A stretch of 64,000 bases of DNA from Pyrinomonadaceae bacterium (GCA_026129865.1 JAHCHG010000002.1:244096-308095), one strand, 5' to 3'. Shown: positions 9,717 through 19,689, numbered from the stretch's first letter. Notes: generated by a model from the sequence alone, not told the origin. Translations and numbers: made by a program.

Positions 9717-11431
9717 AAAACTTCAAATTTTTATTACTTTCGTTCTTGGTTGTCTTTCCGGCAGCATGCAAAACGGAGAATTCGGCAACGGGTCCGTCCG
9801 GCGAATCTCCGCAGAGTAAGATCAAGTTTACCGACCGCACACAGCAAAGCGGCGTAAACTTCAAACATTTTGCAGGTCTTTCTCCGGAAAAATGGATGCC
9901 CGAGGTTCTTGCTGCCGGCGTTGCCGCCGTCGATTTCGACCGCGACGGCGATGTCGATCTTTTATTCACGAACAGCGGAAAGTTTGGCGAGGAACGACCT
10001 TCGGAAGCGAAAAACGCGCTCTTTATAAACGACGGCAAGGGCAATTTTCAAGACAAAACGGCTGAATGGAACCTGACCGGTTTTGGCTACGGACAGGGAG
10101 CCGCGGTCGGCGATGTCGACGGCGACGGTTTTCCGGATGTTTTCCTGACAAATTTCGAAGGAAACAATCGACTTTTAAAAAATTCCGGTTCGGGCTTTGT
10201 CGATGTAACCGAAAGTGCGGGATTTCCGACCGAAGGAAAATGGTCGACAAGCGCCGGTTTTGCCGATTTTGATAACGATGGCGACCTCGATCTGTTTCTT
10301 GTGAGATATATCGAATACAACAAGCAGATCCATCAAAATACCTTTAACAACAGAATGCTGACCTATTCCGCGCCCTACCTTTACAGCGGAGTTTCCGATC
10401 AAATTTGGCGCAACGACGGAAACGGTAAGTTTACCGATGTTTCAAAAGAAGCCGGCGTTGCCGATGCGCCGCAAAAAGGACTCGCGCTCGCCATCGGCGA
10501 TATCGACAAAGACGGCGATCAGGACGTTTACGTCGCCAACGATACTTCGCCGAACCAGCTTTGGATCAATGACGGCAGCGGAAAATTTAAAGATATTGCG
10601 CGTCTTTCAGGCGTTGCGTACAGCGAGGTCGGCAAGGAAGAAGGTTCGATGGGCGCGGATTTTTCGGACGTTGACGGCAACGGTTTGCTCGACATAACTG
10701 TTACAAATTTTCAGGAAGAGCCTACTTCCCTTTACAGCCAGACCGATCCGCTTATTTTTCGCGAGATATCGGACGCAAAGGGTATCGGGCAAAATTCGCG
10801 TCAGAGACTTTCGTTCGGGATCGATTTTTTCGATGCAGATAACGACGGCGATGAAGATCTGATAATGGCAAACGGGCATATCGACGACACGATCGAGAAA
10901 AATTCGGAATCGATCAAATTCGCCCAGCAAAATTTGCTGTTTGAGAATCTCGGAGATGGAAATTTTACAGACGTCACTTCGTCTGCCGGCGACGCTTTTG
11001 CGGCAATGCAGGTTTCGCGCGGTCTTGCTGTCGCCGATCTCGACAACGACGGCGATCTGGATTATGTCATTGCAAACAATAACGGTCCGCCGCAGATAGC
11101 GTTTAACGAGAGTGTTGATAGCGGCAATTTTGTTTCGCTTTGGCTTGACGGTGAAAAGACAAACCGAAGCGCGATCGGAACACGGATCGAAGCGAAGATC
11201 GGCGAGAAAAAATTTGAACGCCAGATAATGGGCGCACAGAGCTACCTATCGTTGAGCGATCTCCGCGTTCATCTCGGACTCGGCAAAAGTGAGAAGATCG
11301 ACGAACTGACGATATTTTGGGCTGGCGGAGAAAAGCAAACGATTACGGGGCTCGGCGGCGGAAAATTTTACTACATCCGCCAGGGCTCCGAACCGAAAGA
11401 ATTCACGCCGGGTGAAAAACCGATCAATTGA
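9713..11431 (+). CDS. CRTAC1-family lipoprotein (FG-GAP/VCBS repeats plus an ASPIC/UnbV domain)
   Basis: Lipobox FPAAC. Repeated Ca-binding-like DxDxDGxxD motifs (DFDRDGDVD, DVDGDGFPD, DFDNDGDLD, DIDKDGDQD, DADNDGDED, DLDNDGDLD). C-terminal NRSAIGTRIEAKIG...GAQSYLSLSDLRVHLGLG. Confidence 0.8.
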   Translation: MKNFKFLLLSFLVVFPAACKTENSATGPSGESPQSKIKFTDRTQQSGVNFKHFAGLSPEKWMPEVLAAGVAAVDFDRDGDVDLLFTNSGKFGEERPSEAKNALFINDGKGNFQDKTAEWNLTGFGYGQGAAVGDVDGDGFPDVFLTNFEGNNRLLKNSGSGFVDVTESAGFPTEGKWSTSAGFADFDNDGDLDLFLVRYIEYNKQIHQNTFNNRMLTYSAPYLYSGVSDQIWRNDGNGKFTDVSKEAGVADAPQKGLALAIGDIDKDGDQDVYVANDTSPNQLWINDGSGKFKDIARLSGVAYSEVGKEEGSMGADFSDVDGNGLLDITVTNFQEEPTSLYSQTDPLIFREISDAKGIGQNSRQRLSFGIDFFDADNDGDEDLIMANGHIDDTIEKNSESIKFAQQNLLFENLGDGNFTDVTSSAGDAFAAMQVSRGLAVADLDNDGDLDYVIANNNGPPQIAFNESVDSGNFVSLWLDGEKTNRSAIGTRIEAKIGEKKFERQIMGAQSYLSLSDLRVHLGLGKSEKIDELTIFWAGGEKQTITGLGGGKFYYIRQGSEPKEFTPGEKPIN

Positions 11432-11468
11432 TCGCTTCCCTACGGCGATCGTTACGACCTGAATAAAA

Positions 11469-14400
11469 ATGCAAAAATATCTGGTTGCAGCAGCTTTTAT
11501 TTTACTGGCAGTTTTGTCCGGCTGCACAAATTCGCTGCCGGAAAAAGCGTCCGACGACTACAAAGCAGCAATTACGGCGTTTTATGTCGGTTTAGCCGCG
11601 CAGCAGGTCGGCGACGATCCGCGCGCCGCCGCGGAACTTGCGAAGGCTTCGGCGTTAGCGCCCGACGAACCGGCTGTTTGGAACAATTTGGGCGTCTTGC
11701 ATTTGCGCCAGAAGGATTTTGAAAATAGTGCGGGATCGTTAAAGAAAGCTCAAGATCTAGCTGCGGATAACGCGATCATATTTTCAAATTTCGCCGTCCT
11801 GGAAACGCAGCGCGGAGAATTTAACAAGGCGATCGAATATTTGACAAGATCGATCGAGCTGGATCCCGGAAATGTCCATTCTCTCTACACGCTTGCGCGC
11901 GAACAGGAACGTCAAAACAACGAAGCGGAGGCGCGCAGACTTTTCGAACGAATCCTTGCGCTTAAACCCGCGAATTTACCCGTAAGGCTTGAGATAGCAC
12001 GACTTGCCGCCAAGGCAAAAGATACGGAAACCTTAAAAAGGACAGCCCTGGAGATCGGTCCAAAATTAGAAAATCGCACCGGCGAAATTAAGGAACAGTT
12101 CGATGCGTTTCGCAACGCAGCTAACGCGGGTGACGCGCAAAAAGCATCGACGCAGGTAACTTATCTTAGAAACGTCCTTCTTCGACTTCCGGAATTTCGC
12201 GGCGCGATCGACGAAGTTCAGCCGTCAAATACAACGCTCGGCGAACTCATAACACGACCGCTAAAACTTCAAACACCCGATTTTTCGCCTGCTGAGCCCG
12301 ATACGGCAATTACTTTTGACCCGCAGCCGGCAGAAAACGTGAAAGCAAATTTAGCAAAAGCCGTCTTTCTAAACGGTGAAAGCCCGCCGGTCGTTGCGTG
12401 GTCTGACGAAAAAGAAACGCACGTCGGAAAGGCGGTTTTGCCAATTTCTCTTTCAAATGCTAACCAAATAATCGCTTTTGATTTCGATTACGATTTCAAA
12501 AACGATCTGGCAATCGCGACCGAAAAAGGGTTCCGGGTTTTTAAGGAGGGTGACAATGAAAATTTTACGGATGTCACGGCGAATACGCATCTTTCGAACG
12601 AAGTTCTGCAAGGATCGTATGCCGGTGTTTGGACTTTCGACGCCGAATCGGACGGCGATCTGGATCTGATCTTAGCAAACGAAGCGCGCAGCCCGATCGT
12701 TTTACAGAACAATTCGGACGGTAGTTTTTCGGTTGTTGCAATGTTTGAAAATGTCAAAGATCTGCGCCAATTCCTCTGGGCTGATCTTGACGAAGACGGC
12801 GACGGCGACGTTGTTTTTTTGGATTCAGCTGGTAAAGTTCAATTCTTTTCAAACGAGCGCGGCGGTCGTTTTAACGAAAAAGCGGTTCCTATCGCGCCGG
12901 CTGCCTCAGCAATTGCCGTCGGCGACGCAAATGGCGACGGCAAACTGGACCTGACCGTTTTGCTCAATAATTTATTGACCTCCGTTTCCTACAAAAGCGA
13001 CGGTTCGGATTTTCATGCAGTCATAACAAACTCGCTTCCCGTCGATTTATCTTGCGGCGAAAATCAGGTCGATACAGAAAATAAAGCGGAGTCCCAAAAT
13101 TTCGAGCTTTGCTCGATAAAAATTGCCGATCTAGACAATAACAGTGCGAACGATGTTTTGATCTCCGACGGAATTCACACACAAATCTTTTTCGTTGGAA
13201 AAGATGCTAAGTTTTCGCCTTTGACCGATAAATTCAATGGTCGGATCGAATCGATTGCCGAAACAAACGGCGATGGAAAACTGGATTTGATCGGGATTGA
13301 CGCCGAAGGCAATCCGGCAGCTTTTCAAAACAATTCGGCGAAAAATTATCACTGGCAAATAGTCCGTCCGAAAGCTGCGAAGACCGAAGGCGATCAGCGC
13401 GTGAATAGTTTTGGGATCGGCGGCGAGATAGAAATTCGTTCGGGTCTTTTGGCGCAAAAACAGCTTATCGATTCGCCGCAGGTGCATTTCGGTCTAGGCG
13501 AAAATGCGAGTGCGGACGTTTTGCGGGTCGTTTGGGGAAACGGTTATGTTCAAGCGGAATTTGACTTAAAAGCCGACGAGACGATAGCCGCGGAACAGCG
13601 TTTAAAAGGATCTTGTCCGCATCTGTTTGCCTGGAACGGTTCTGAGTTTGCACTCGTCAAAGACGCGCCGCCGTGGTCGCCGGCGCTTGGATTAAAAATA
13701 AACGCGCAGGACACTTACGGAATTTTGCAGACCGAAGAATGGTTTAAGATCCCGGGCGAAGCGTTAAAAGCGAAAGACGGCTTTTATGAGCTTCGGATCA
13801 CCGGCGAATATTGGGAAAGTTTTTATCTGGATAATTACAAATTGCTTGCGGTGGATCACCCCGAAAACACTGAGATCTTTACCGACGAGCGGTTTGCTAT
13901 TCCGCTGCCGCCGCTAAAAGTTTTTACAACCGAAACAACACGTGAATTTGCTTCCGTGAAAAACGACAAAGGCGAAGACGTATCGGAAATCGTTAAAAAT
14001 CTGGACGAAAATTATTTGGACGGCATCGAGCGCGGAAAGTTTCAGGGCGTTGCGAAAGAACATTTTGTCGAATTTGAACTGCCGGAAAACGCGCCGAACG
14101 GAAAGAAAATTTGGATCGTCGGGGACGGCTGGATGCATCCGACAGATGCTTCTATCAACGTTCAGCGCGGACAGATTCCCGGCGTAAAACCGCCGAAAAG
14201 TCTTAGTCTGGAAGTTTTAAAGGACAACGGCAACTGGAAAACTGTAAAAGAAAATCTCGGTTTTCCCGCCGGCAAGATGAAAACGATCCTGATCGACCTT
14301 CCGGCGAATGGTCGGAAATTTAGATTATCAACCGAGCTTGAGATCTTTTGGGATAAACTGGCTTGGGCTGTTGATCTGCCTGACAATCAAACGCGGGAAA

Positions 14401-14894
14401 ATTCGCTTGATCTTTCGACAGCCGAACTGCGTTACCGCGGATTTTCCGTTATTGAAAAGCGTAGCGAATCTTCGCCGGAAGTCCCCGTTTACGATAAAAT
14501 TCTGACGACCAATCAGCGTTGGCGCGACCTTGAGGGTTTTTATACGCGCTTCGGCGATGTGCTAGAATTACTTGTAAAGACAGACGATAGGGTCGTTTTA
14601 ATGAATGCGGGCGACGAGTTGATTTTGAAGTTTCCGGCTTTGCCGGAACCGCCGCAAGGGTGGAAACGGGATTTTGTAATAATCGGAAACGGCTGGATCA
14701 AGGACGGCGATCTTAATTCGGTTTTTTCGAGAACTCTTTTGCCATTGCCGACGCACGCGACGAACGATTATTCGCGTCCGCCTAATGGTTTAGAAGACGA
14801 TCCGGTTTTCCAAAAAAACAAGACCGATTGGCTCGAATTTCATACGCGATACGTTTCGCCGGATGGTTTTCGTAACGCTTTAAGAAATAGGTGA
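11469..14894 (+). CDS. Large lipoprotein: N-terminal TPR, FG-GAP/VCBS repeats, an ASPIC/UnbV-like segment and an unassigned C-terminal region of about 440 aa
   Basis: Lipobox LSGC and TPR repeats (aa ~40-200). Repeats DAESDGDLD, DLDEDGDGD, DANGDGKLD and ETNGDGKLD. NSFGIGGEIEIRSG..VHFGLG..VVWGNG. The C-terminal part (from about aa 700) matches nothing I recognise. Confidence 0.75.
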   Translation: MQKYLVAAAFILLAVLSGCTNSLPEKASDDYKAAITAFYVGLAAQQVGDDPRAAAELAKASALAPDEPAVWNNLGVLHLRQKDFENSAGSLKKAQDLAADNAIIFSNFAVLETQRGEFNKAIEYLTRSIELDPGNVHSLYTLAREQERQNNEAEARRLFERILALKPANLPVRLEIARLAAKAKDTETLKRTALEIGPKLENRTGEIKEQFDAFRNAANAGDAQKASTQVTYLRNVLLRLPEFRGAIDEVQPSNTTLGELITRPLKLQTPDFSPAEPDTAITFDPQPAENVKANLAKAVFLNGESPPVVAWSDEKETHVGKAVLPISLSNANQIIAFDFDYDFKNDLAIATEKGFRVFKEGDNENFTDVTANTHLSNEVLQGSYAGVWTFDAESDGDLDLILANEARSPIVLQNNSDGSFSVVAMFENVKDLRQFLWADLDEDGDGDVVFLDSAGKVQFFSNERGGRFNEKAVPIAPAASAIAVGDANGDGKLDLTVLLNNLLTSVSYKSDGSDFHAVITNSLPVDLSCGENQVDTENKAESQNFELCSIKIADLDNNSANDVLISDGIHTQIFFVGKDAKFSPLTDKFNGRIESIAETNGDGKLDLIGIDAEGNPAAFQNNSAKNYHWQIVRPKAAKTEGDQRVNSFGIGGEIEIRSGLLAQKQLIDSPQVHFGLGENASADVLRVVWGNGYVQAEFDLKADETIAAEQRLKGSCPHLFAWNGSEFALVKDAPPWSPALGLKINAQDTYGILQTEEWFKIPGEALKAKDGFYELRITGEYWESFYLDNYKLLAVDHPENTEIFTDERFAIPLPPLKVFTTETTREFASVKNDKGEDVSEIVKNLDENYLDGIERGKFQGVAKEHFVEFELPENAPNGKKIWIVGDGWMHPTDASINVQRGQIPGVKPPKSLSLEVLKDNGNWKTVKENLGFPAGKMKTILIDLPANGRKFRLSTELEIFWDKLAWAVDLPDNQTRENSLDLSTAELRYRGFSVIEKRSESSPEVPVYDKILTTNQRWRDLEGFYTRFGDVLELLVKTDDRVVLMNAGDELILKFPALPEPPQGWKRDFVIIGNGWIKDGDLNSVFSRTLLPLPTHATNDYSRPPNGLEDDPVFQKNKTDWLEFHTRYVSPDGFRNALRNR

Positions 14895-14942
14895 CTGGAG
14901 CGCACGCGGGACGCTTGCCCTCCAGTCTAAGGCTTGCGCTCC
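14895..14942. repeat. REP-like element with two alternative stems
   Basis: CTGGAG...CTCCAG and GGAGCGCA...TGCGCTCC both lie directly after the stop at 14894. It shares the GGAGCGCA(G/C)GC start with the palindrome at 1856-1879. Confidence 0.4.
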
Positions 14943-14955
14943 AATCGAATAATCA

Positions 14956-16722
14956 ATGAAACGAATTACGAAAATATTTCTTATCGTACTTTTTCTTGCA
15001 CTTTTGGCTGTGCCGCTTGTGGTCAAGCGTTTTTACAATTCCGCCGAATCCGAGATCGATACCGAAACCGCGATGCAGCGGTACGGTTTCTATTTTGAAG
15101 AAGTCGCTAAACAGTCGGGCGTCGATTTTACGCATCTCGCTCCAAAATTAGATTCAAAACTCGAAAATATAATGCCTCAGATCGCATCGATGGGCGCCGG
15201 CGTTTCGATCGTCGATTTTAATAAGGACGGCTGGAACGACATTTACCTGACGAACAGCGGAGAAGGTTCGCAGAATGCGCTTTTTAAGAACAACACCGAC
15301 GGAACTTTTTCAGATGTAGCCAAAGATCTCGGCATCGCGGATGTAAATCAAAAAGAATCAGGCGTTTCGATGGGCGCCGTGTGGGGCGATTACGACAACG
15401 ATGGTTTTGAAGACCTCCTTGTTTACAAATGGGGCAAAACGCAGCTTTTTAAGAACAATGGCGGGACTTCGTTTACAGCTGTTGAAGCCGGACTTCCCGT
15501 TTGGGCAAATATAAACTCGGGAATCTGGTTCGATTTCGACCGCGACGGGCGGCTTGATATTTTTCTCGGCGGCTATTTTCCCGAAAATCTGAATCTTTGG
15601 AATCTCGAAAATACGCGGATAATGCCCGAGAGCTTTGAATACGCAAAAAACGGCGGCAGGAAATATCTCTATCGAAATCTCGGCGGCGGTCGATTTGAAG
15701 AAGTAAGCAAGCAGTTCGGGATCGATTCAAACCGCTGGGCGCTTGCCGCGGCGGCAGCCGACATTACCGGAAACGGATTTCCCGACCTATTCGTTTCAAA
15801 CGATTACGGAATCTCGGAACTTTACTTAAACGATGGCGGAAAACGGTTCATCGATGCGAGTGAAACTTCCGGGATCGGATTTTCGCCGAAAAGCGGTATG
15901 AACGCGAGTTTCGGCGACGTTTTAAATGACGGTCAGCTTGCTATTTATGAATCGAATATTTCTGAGGAAGGAATTCTTCTCCAGGGAAACAACCTTTGGA
16001 TGCCGCGGCGGAACTCTTCCGGAATGGAGGTGAAATTTGACAATCTTGCGTCCGATTTTGGCGTCGATCACGGCGGTTGGAGCTGGGGCGCGCAGTTCGG
16101 CGATCTAAACAACGACGGAAATCTCGATATTTTCTTAACGAACGGATACGTTTCCGCCGATCGCAACTCCAGTTACTGGTACGATTTTGCAAAGGTTACT
16201 GTCGGAAATAACACAATAATCGGCGACGCCGCAAATTGGTCGCCGATGAACGGTCGCAGCCTTTCCGGTTTTCAGCGAAAGAAAGTCTGGATAAATGACG
16301 GATTCGGAAAATTTAACGAGGTCGCGCAGATGGTGGGCGTTAACGAAACTTTTGACGGACGCGCGGTTGCTGTGGCAGATCTATGGAACCGCGGCGTGCT
16401 CGATGTTGTCGTCGCAAACCAAAACGCGCCGGTTTTGATCTATAAAAACACCGTCACGCCCGAAAACGGCTGGATCGCGTTCGCGTTTGAAGACGGCAAT
16501 CCGATCGGTGCACGTGCAACTATCTTCTGGGACGGAAAACGGCAGACACAGGAGATTCACGGAGGAAGCGGATATTGCGCGCAGAATCAGCGTCGTTTCC
16601 ACTTTGGACTCGGGCGGGCGGAAAGCGTCGAAAAGGCTGAAATTCGTTTTCCTGACGGAAGCACAAAAGTGATCGAAAATCCGGAAAGGAACAAGCTGCA
16701 TTTGATCAAACGAGACTTTTAA
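14956..16722 (+). CDS. CRTAC1-family protein (FG-GAP/VCBS repeats plus ASPIC/UnbV), signal-anchored
   Basis: N-terminal hydrophobic anchor. DFNKDGWND, DYDNDGFED, DFDRDGRLD and DLNNDGNLD repeats. C-terminal GARATIFWDGK..GGSGYCAQNQRRFHFGLG. Confidence 0.8.
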   Translation: MKRITKIFLIVLFLALLAVPLVVKRFYNSAESEIDTETAMQRYGFYFEEVAKQSGVDFTHLAPKLDSKLENIMPQIASMGAGVSIVDFNKDGWNDIYLTNSGEGSQNALFKNNTDGTFSDVAKDLGIADVNQKESGVSMGAVWGDYDNDGFEDLLVYKWGKTQLFKNNGGTSFTAVEAGLPVWANINSGIWFDFDRDGRLDIFLGGYFPENLNLWNLENTRIMPESFEYAKNGGRKYLYRNLGGGRFEEVSKQFGIDSNRWALAAAAADITGNGFPDLFVSNDYGISELYLNDGGKRFIDASETSGIGFSPKSGMNASFGDVLNDGQLAIYESNISEEGILLQGNNLWMPRRNSSGMEVKFDNLASDFGVDHGGWSWGAQFGDLNNDGNLDIFLTNGYVSADRNSSYWYDFAKVTVGNNTIIGDAANWSPMNGRSLSGFQRKKVWINDGFGKFNEVAQMVGVNETFDGRAVAVADLWNRGVLDVVVANQNAPVLIYKNTVTPENGWIAFAFEDGNPIGARATIFWDGKRQTQEIHGGSGYCAQNQRRFHFGLGRAESVEKAEIRFPDGSTKVIENPERNKLHLIKRDF

Positions 16723-16742
16723 CTATCCGGTATACGAGCGAT

Positions 16743-17588
16743 ATGAGTACAAATTCCGCCAGTCTGACTCCCGTAAAAGTCTCGTCCGATGTTATTCCGA
16801 CAAAGATGTTCGGTATCGATTCTAGATTTATCGCGCCGATCCTTATCACTTTGATCCTGCTCGGCGGTCAAATATCGTTCGGAATTCTCGAAAGCTTTCT
16901 TCAAACGGCGGTCGCGATCTTAACTTCGATAATTTTCGAGATCGTGCTGTCGAAGATTACTTTAAATAAGTTCCCGCATCTTGCCAGTGCGTATATTTCC
17001 GGAATTAGTGTCGGGATACTTGTCCGCTCGCCTGATATTTACTGGACTTTCGCGCTTTGCGCAGCAATTTCGATCACATCAAAATACGTTCTGCGCGTCA
17101 AAGATAGACATATTTGGAATCCTTCGAATTTCGGAATTTGCGCGATGCTCTTTCTTGCGCCTTACGCGGTCGCCAGCCTCTCAATTCAATGGGGCAACAA
17201 TCTTTACGCAATGGCGGTGATCTGGATTCTCGGTTCGGTGATCATTTACAGGTTAAAACGTTTTCACATTACTTTGACTTATGTCATAAGTTTCTTTGTT
17301 TTCAGCTATTTTCGGAGTCTTTACACCGGCGATCCATACTTTGCTGAGATCGCGCCGATCACCGGCGCCATGTACCAGCTTTTCATTTTCTTTATGATCA
17401 CCGATCCGAAAACCACTGTCCGATATTCAAAATCTGCTCAAATCGGGGTGGTGATTTTGATCGCCTTTGTAGAGTTAATTTTTCGATTGTTTGAAGTCGT
17501 TCACGCGCCATATTATGCCCTGTTTATTGTCGGTCCGGTCGCGAATTTAGTTGATATTTATTGCCTTTCACGTAAAAGCGGCGCATAA
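16743..17588 (+). CDS. Polytopic membrane protein, RnfD/NqrB-like; resembles proteins annotated as enediyne-cassette UnbU (from memory)
   Basis: About 8 hydrophobic helices with SKYVLRVKDRHIWNPSNFG and FFMITDPKTT motifs. It starts 20 nt after the preceding gene on the same strand. Confidence 0.55.
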   Translation: MSTNSASLTPVKVSSDVIPTKMFGIDSRFIAPILITLILLGGQISFGILESFLQTAVAILTSIIFEIVLSKITLNKFPHLASAYISGISVGILVRSPDIYWTFALCAAISITSKYVLRVKDRHIWNPSNFGICAMLFLAPYAVASLSIQWGNNLYAMAVIWILGSVIIYRLKRFHITLTYVISFFVFSYFRSLYTGDPYFAEIAPITGAMYQLFIFFMITDPKTTVRYSKSAQIGVVILIAFVELIFRLFEVVHAPYYALFIVGPVANLVDIYCLSRKSGA

Positions 17589-17707
17589 TCGGTCCACCCG
17601 AAAGAACGAAAGGATCGTGAAACATGTTCCTGTTTCATGTTGCATAGATGATACATTTTTGTTATTCTTTCATCCTTTCAAAAATTCAAAAATAAGGAGA
17701 CCTGGTT

Positions 17708-18232
17708 ATGAGTACAAGTGCAACACAAAGCCCGCGGTTAAACAGCGGATTTCTGGGCGAACTTCAGCATGAAGCGGCAACGACACGAACCGTTTTGGAA
17801 CGCGTATCGGAAGACAAATTTGACTATAAACCCCATGATAAATCTATGTCTTTCGGACGTTTAGCAACCCATGTTGCCGAGATGTTCGGTTGGATAAAGA
17901 CGACTTTTGAGGTGGATATTCTTGATTTTTCAGAGAACGATTATGCGCCGTTCGAGCCAAAATCAAATGCCGAACTGCTTGATTATTTTGACAAATGCGT
18001 CGCCGAAGCGACCGAAGCATTAACAAACGCTGCCGATGAATCATTTTTCAAAGATTGGACATTGCGAAACGGCGAAACGGTATATTTTACGATGCCGAAA
18101 ATTCAGGTGCTTCGCAGTTTTTGTCTGAATCATATAATTCACCACCGCGGGCAGCTTTCGGTTTATCTCCGTTTGAACAACATACCTGTGCCGCAGATCT
18201 ACGGTCCGTCGGCTGACGAAGGTCAGATGTAA
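17708..18232 (+). CDS. DinB-family protein
   Basis: AAGGAGA Shine-Dalgarno upstream and the C-terminal NHIIHHRGQLSVYLR motif. Confidence 0.75.
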   Translation: MSTSATQSPRLNSGFLGELQHEAATTRTVLERVSEDKFDYKPHDKSMSFGRLATHVAEMFGWIKTTFEVDILDFSENDYAPFEPKSNAELLDYFDKCVAEATEALTNAADESFFKDWTLRNGETVYFTMPKIQVLRSFCLNHIIHHRGQLSVYLRLNNIPVPQIYGPSADEGQM

Positions 18233-18255
18233 GATTCTAAATTCTGAACATAACT

Positions 18256-18290
18256 AAAAGCGGCGCGTGCGAAAGACACGTGCCGCTTTT
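18256..18290 (+). terminator. Rho-independent terminator
   Basis: AAAAGCGGCGCGTG-CGAAAGA-CACGTGCCGCTTTT (one mismatch in the stem) followed by a T-run. Confidence 0.6.
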
Positions 18291-18332
18291 GCATTTGCCC
18301 GAAAAAATGCGAGAATAGGCGTTTGATTTTTC

Positions 18333-19271
18333 GTGATGAAAACACCGGAATTACTTGAAAAACTCTTACTCGGCGAAACCCGCGCCGTCGCGCGCGCTAT
18401 CACAAAAGTCGAGGATGGATCGAGCGACGCCGGCGTGATCATGAAAACGATCTTTCCAAAGACTGGAAATGCGGTGGTTATAGGTATTACCGGCTCGCCG
18501 GGCGCAGGTAAATCGTCGCTGGTCGATAAGTTAGCGCTGCATTACCGCGATCAAGGCGACCGCGTCGGCATAGTTTGTGTCGATCCGTCCAGCCCGTTTT
18601 CCGGCGGCGCGATCTTAGGCGACCGAATCAGAATGCAGACGCTCGGTTTGGATAAGAACGTTTTTATCCGTTCTATGGCGACCCGCGGCAATCTGGGCGG
18701 GCTATCCCGGGCGACCGTCGATGCGGTCGCAATTCTCGACGCAGCGGGTTTTGATAAGGTGATCGTAGAAACCGTCGGGGTTGGTCAGGACGAGGTTGAG
18801 ATCGTTAAAACAGCGGACGTATCGGTCGTCGTGCTCGTGCCCGGAATGGGTGACGATATTCAGGCTATAAAAGCCGGAATAATGGAGATCGGCGATGTTT
18901 TTGTAATTAATAAAGCCGACCGCGACGGTGTTCTCCGGACCGAAAAGGAATTGGAAGCGCTTTTGAGCCTTGCACATCGACCGGATCTCTGGAATCCGCC
19001 GATCGTTAAGACGGTCGCGACCGAAAACAAAGGCATCGAAGATCTTTCGAAAGCCATCGAAAGCTTTGACGAATTTCAGAAAAGAGACGAATCAAGCCTC
19101 GAACGCCGGAAAGCGATCGCTAAATGGCGGCTTTTAGAACTCGTCCGCGAAAAACTTCTGATCGATGCGCTCGCGAAAACGGGCACCGCGGAAAAAATAG
19201 ACGAATTTGCGCTTAAGGTTGCGAAAAAGGATTTTGATCCTTATTCAGCCGTAGAAGAGATTTTGAAATGA
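18333..19271 (+). CDS. meaB: Methylmalonyl-CoA mutase-associated G-protein chaperone (MeaB/ArgK)
   Basis: P-loop GITGSPGAGKSSL, DPSSPFSGGAILGDRIRM, ETVGVGQ and NKADR. Confidence 0.85.
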   Translation: MMKTPELLEKLLLGETRAVARAITKVEDGSSDAGVIMKTIFPKTGNAVVIGITGSPGAGKSSLVDKLALHYRDQGDRVGIVCVDPSSPFSGGAILGDRIRMQTLGLDKNVFIRSMATRGNLGGLSRATVDAVAILDAAGFDKVIVETVGVGQDEVEIVKTADVSVVVLVPGMGDDIQAIKAGIMEIGDVFVINKADRDGVLRTEKELEALLSLAHRPDLWNPPIVKTVATENKGIEDLSKAIESFDEFQKRDESSLERRKAIAKWRLLELVREKLLIDALAKTGTAEKIDEFALKVAKKDFDPYSAVEEILK

Positions 19272-19666
19272 AGATCAATCATCTTGGCATAGCAACAAAA
19301 GGACTAACTGAGGCGCTGAAGTTTTGGGAAGACGCGCTCGGGCTGGAAAACGTTCATACCGAAGTCGTTGAAGATCAAAAAGTTAGGGTTGCAATGCTGC
19401 CGCTCGGCGAAAGCCGGATCGAACTGCTTGAACCGACTTCCGAAGATTCGCCAATATCGAAATTTTTAGAAAAGCGCGGCGGCGGAATTCATCATGTTGC
19501 CGTTGAGGTCGATGACATTAAAGCAGCGCTCGCAAAACTTAAAAAAGAAGGTGCACGTTTGATCGACGAAGAACCGAGGATCGGTGCAGAAGGCTGTCTC
19601 GTCGCTTTTGTTCACCCTTCGTCGGCAAACGGCGTTTTGTTAGAATTAGTTCAAAGTATTGAGTAA
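19268..19666 (+). CDS. mce: Methylmalonyl-CoA epimerase (VOC family)
   Basis: INHLGIAT..., IELLEP and GGGIHHVAVEVDDI. The start overlaps the meaB stop (ATGA). Confidence 0.8.
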   Translation: MKINHLGIATKGLTEALKFWEDALGLENVHTEVVEDQKVRVAMLPLGESRIELLEPTSEDSPISKFLEKRGGGIHHVAVEVDDIKAALAKLKKEGARLIDEEPRIGAEGCLVAFVHPSSANGVLLELVQSIE

Positions 19667-19689
19667 GTTAAATTTAAGAGGAAATTTTA

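Noticed and set aside
9072-10044. Minus-strand ORFs of 177 and 159 aa inside the TPR/CRTAC1 genes
   Set aside because: They are antisense to genes with lipoboxes and repeated DxDxDG motifs. These are shadow ORFs.
18333-19666. meaB and the epimerase without a methylmalonyl-CoA mutase gene
   Set aside because: The mutase subunits are often encoded elsewhere or just outside such a window. Absence here is not informative.
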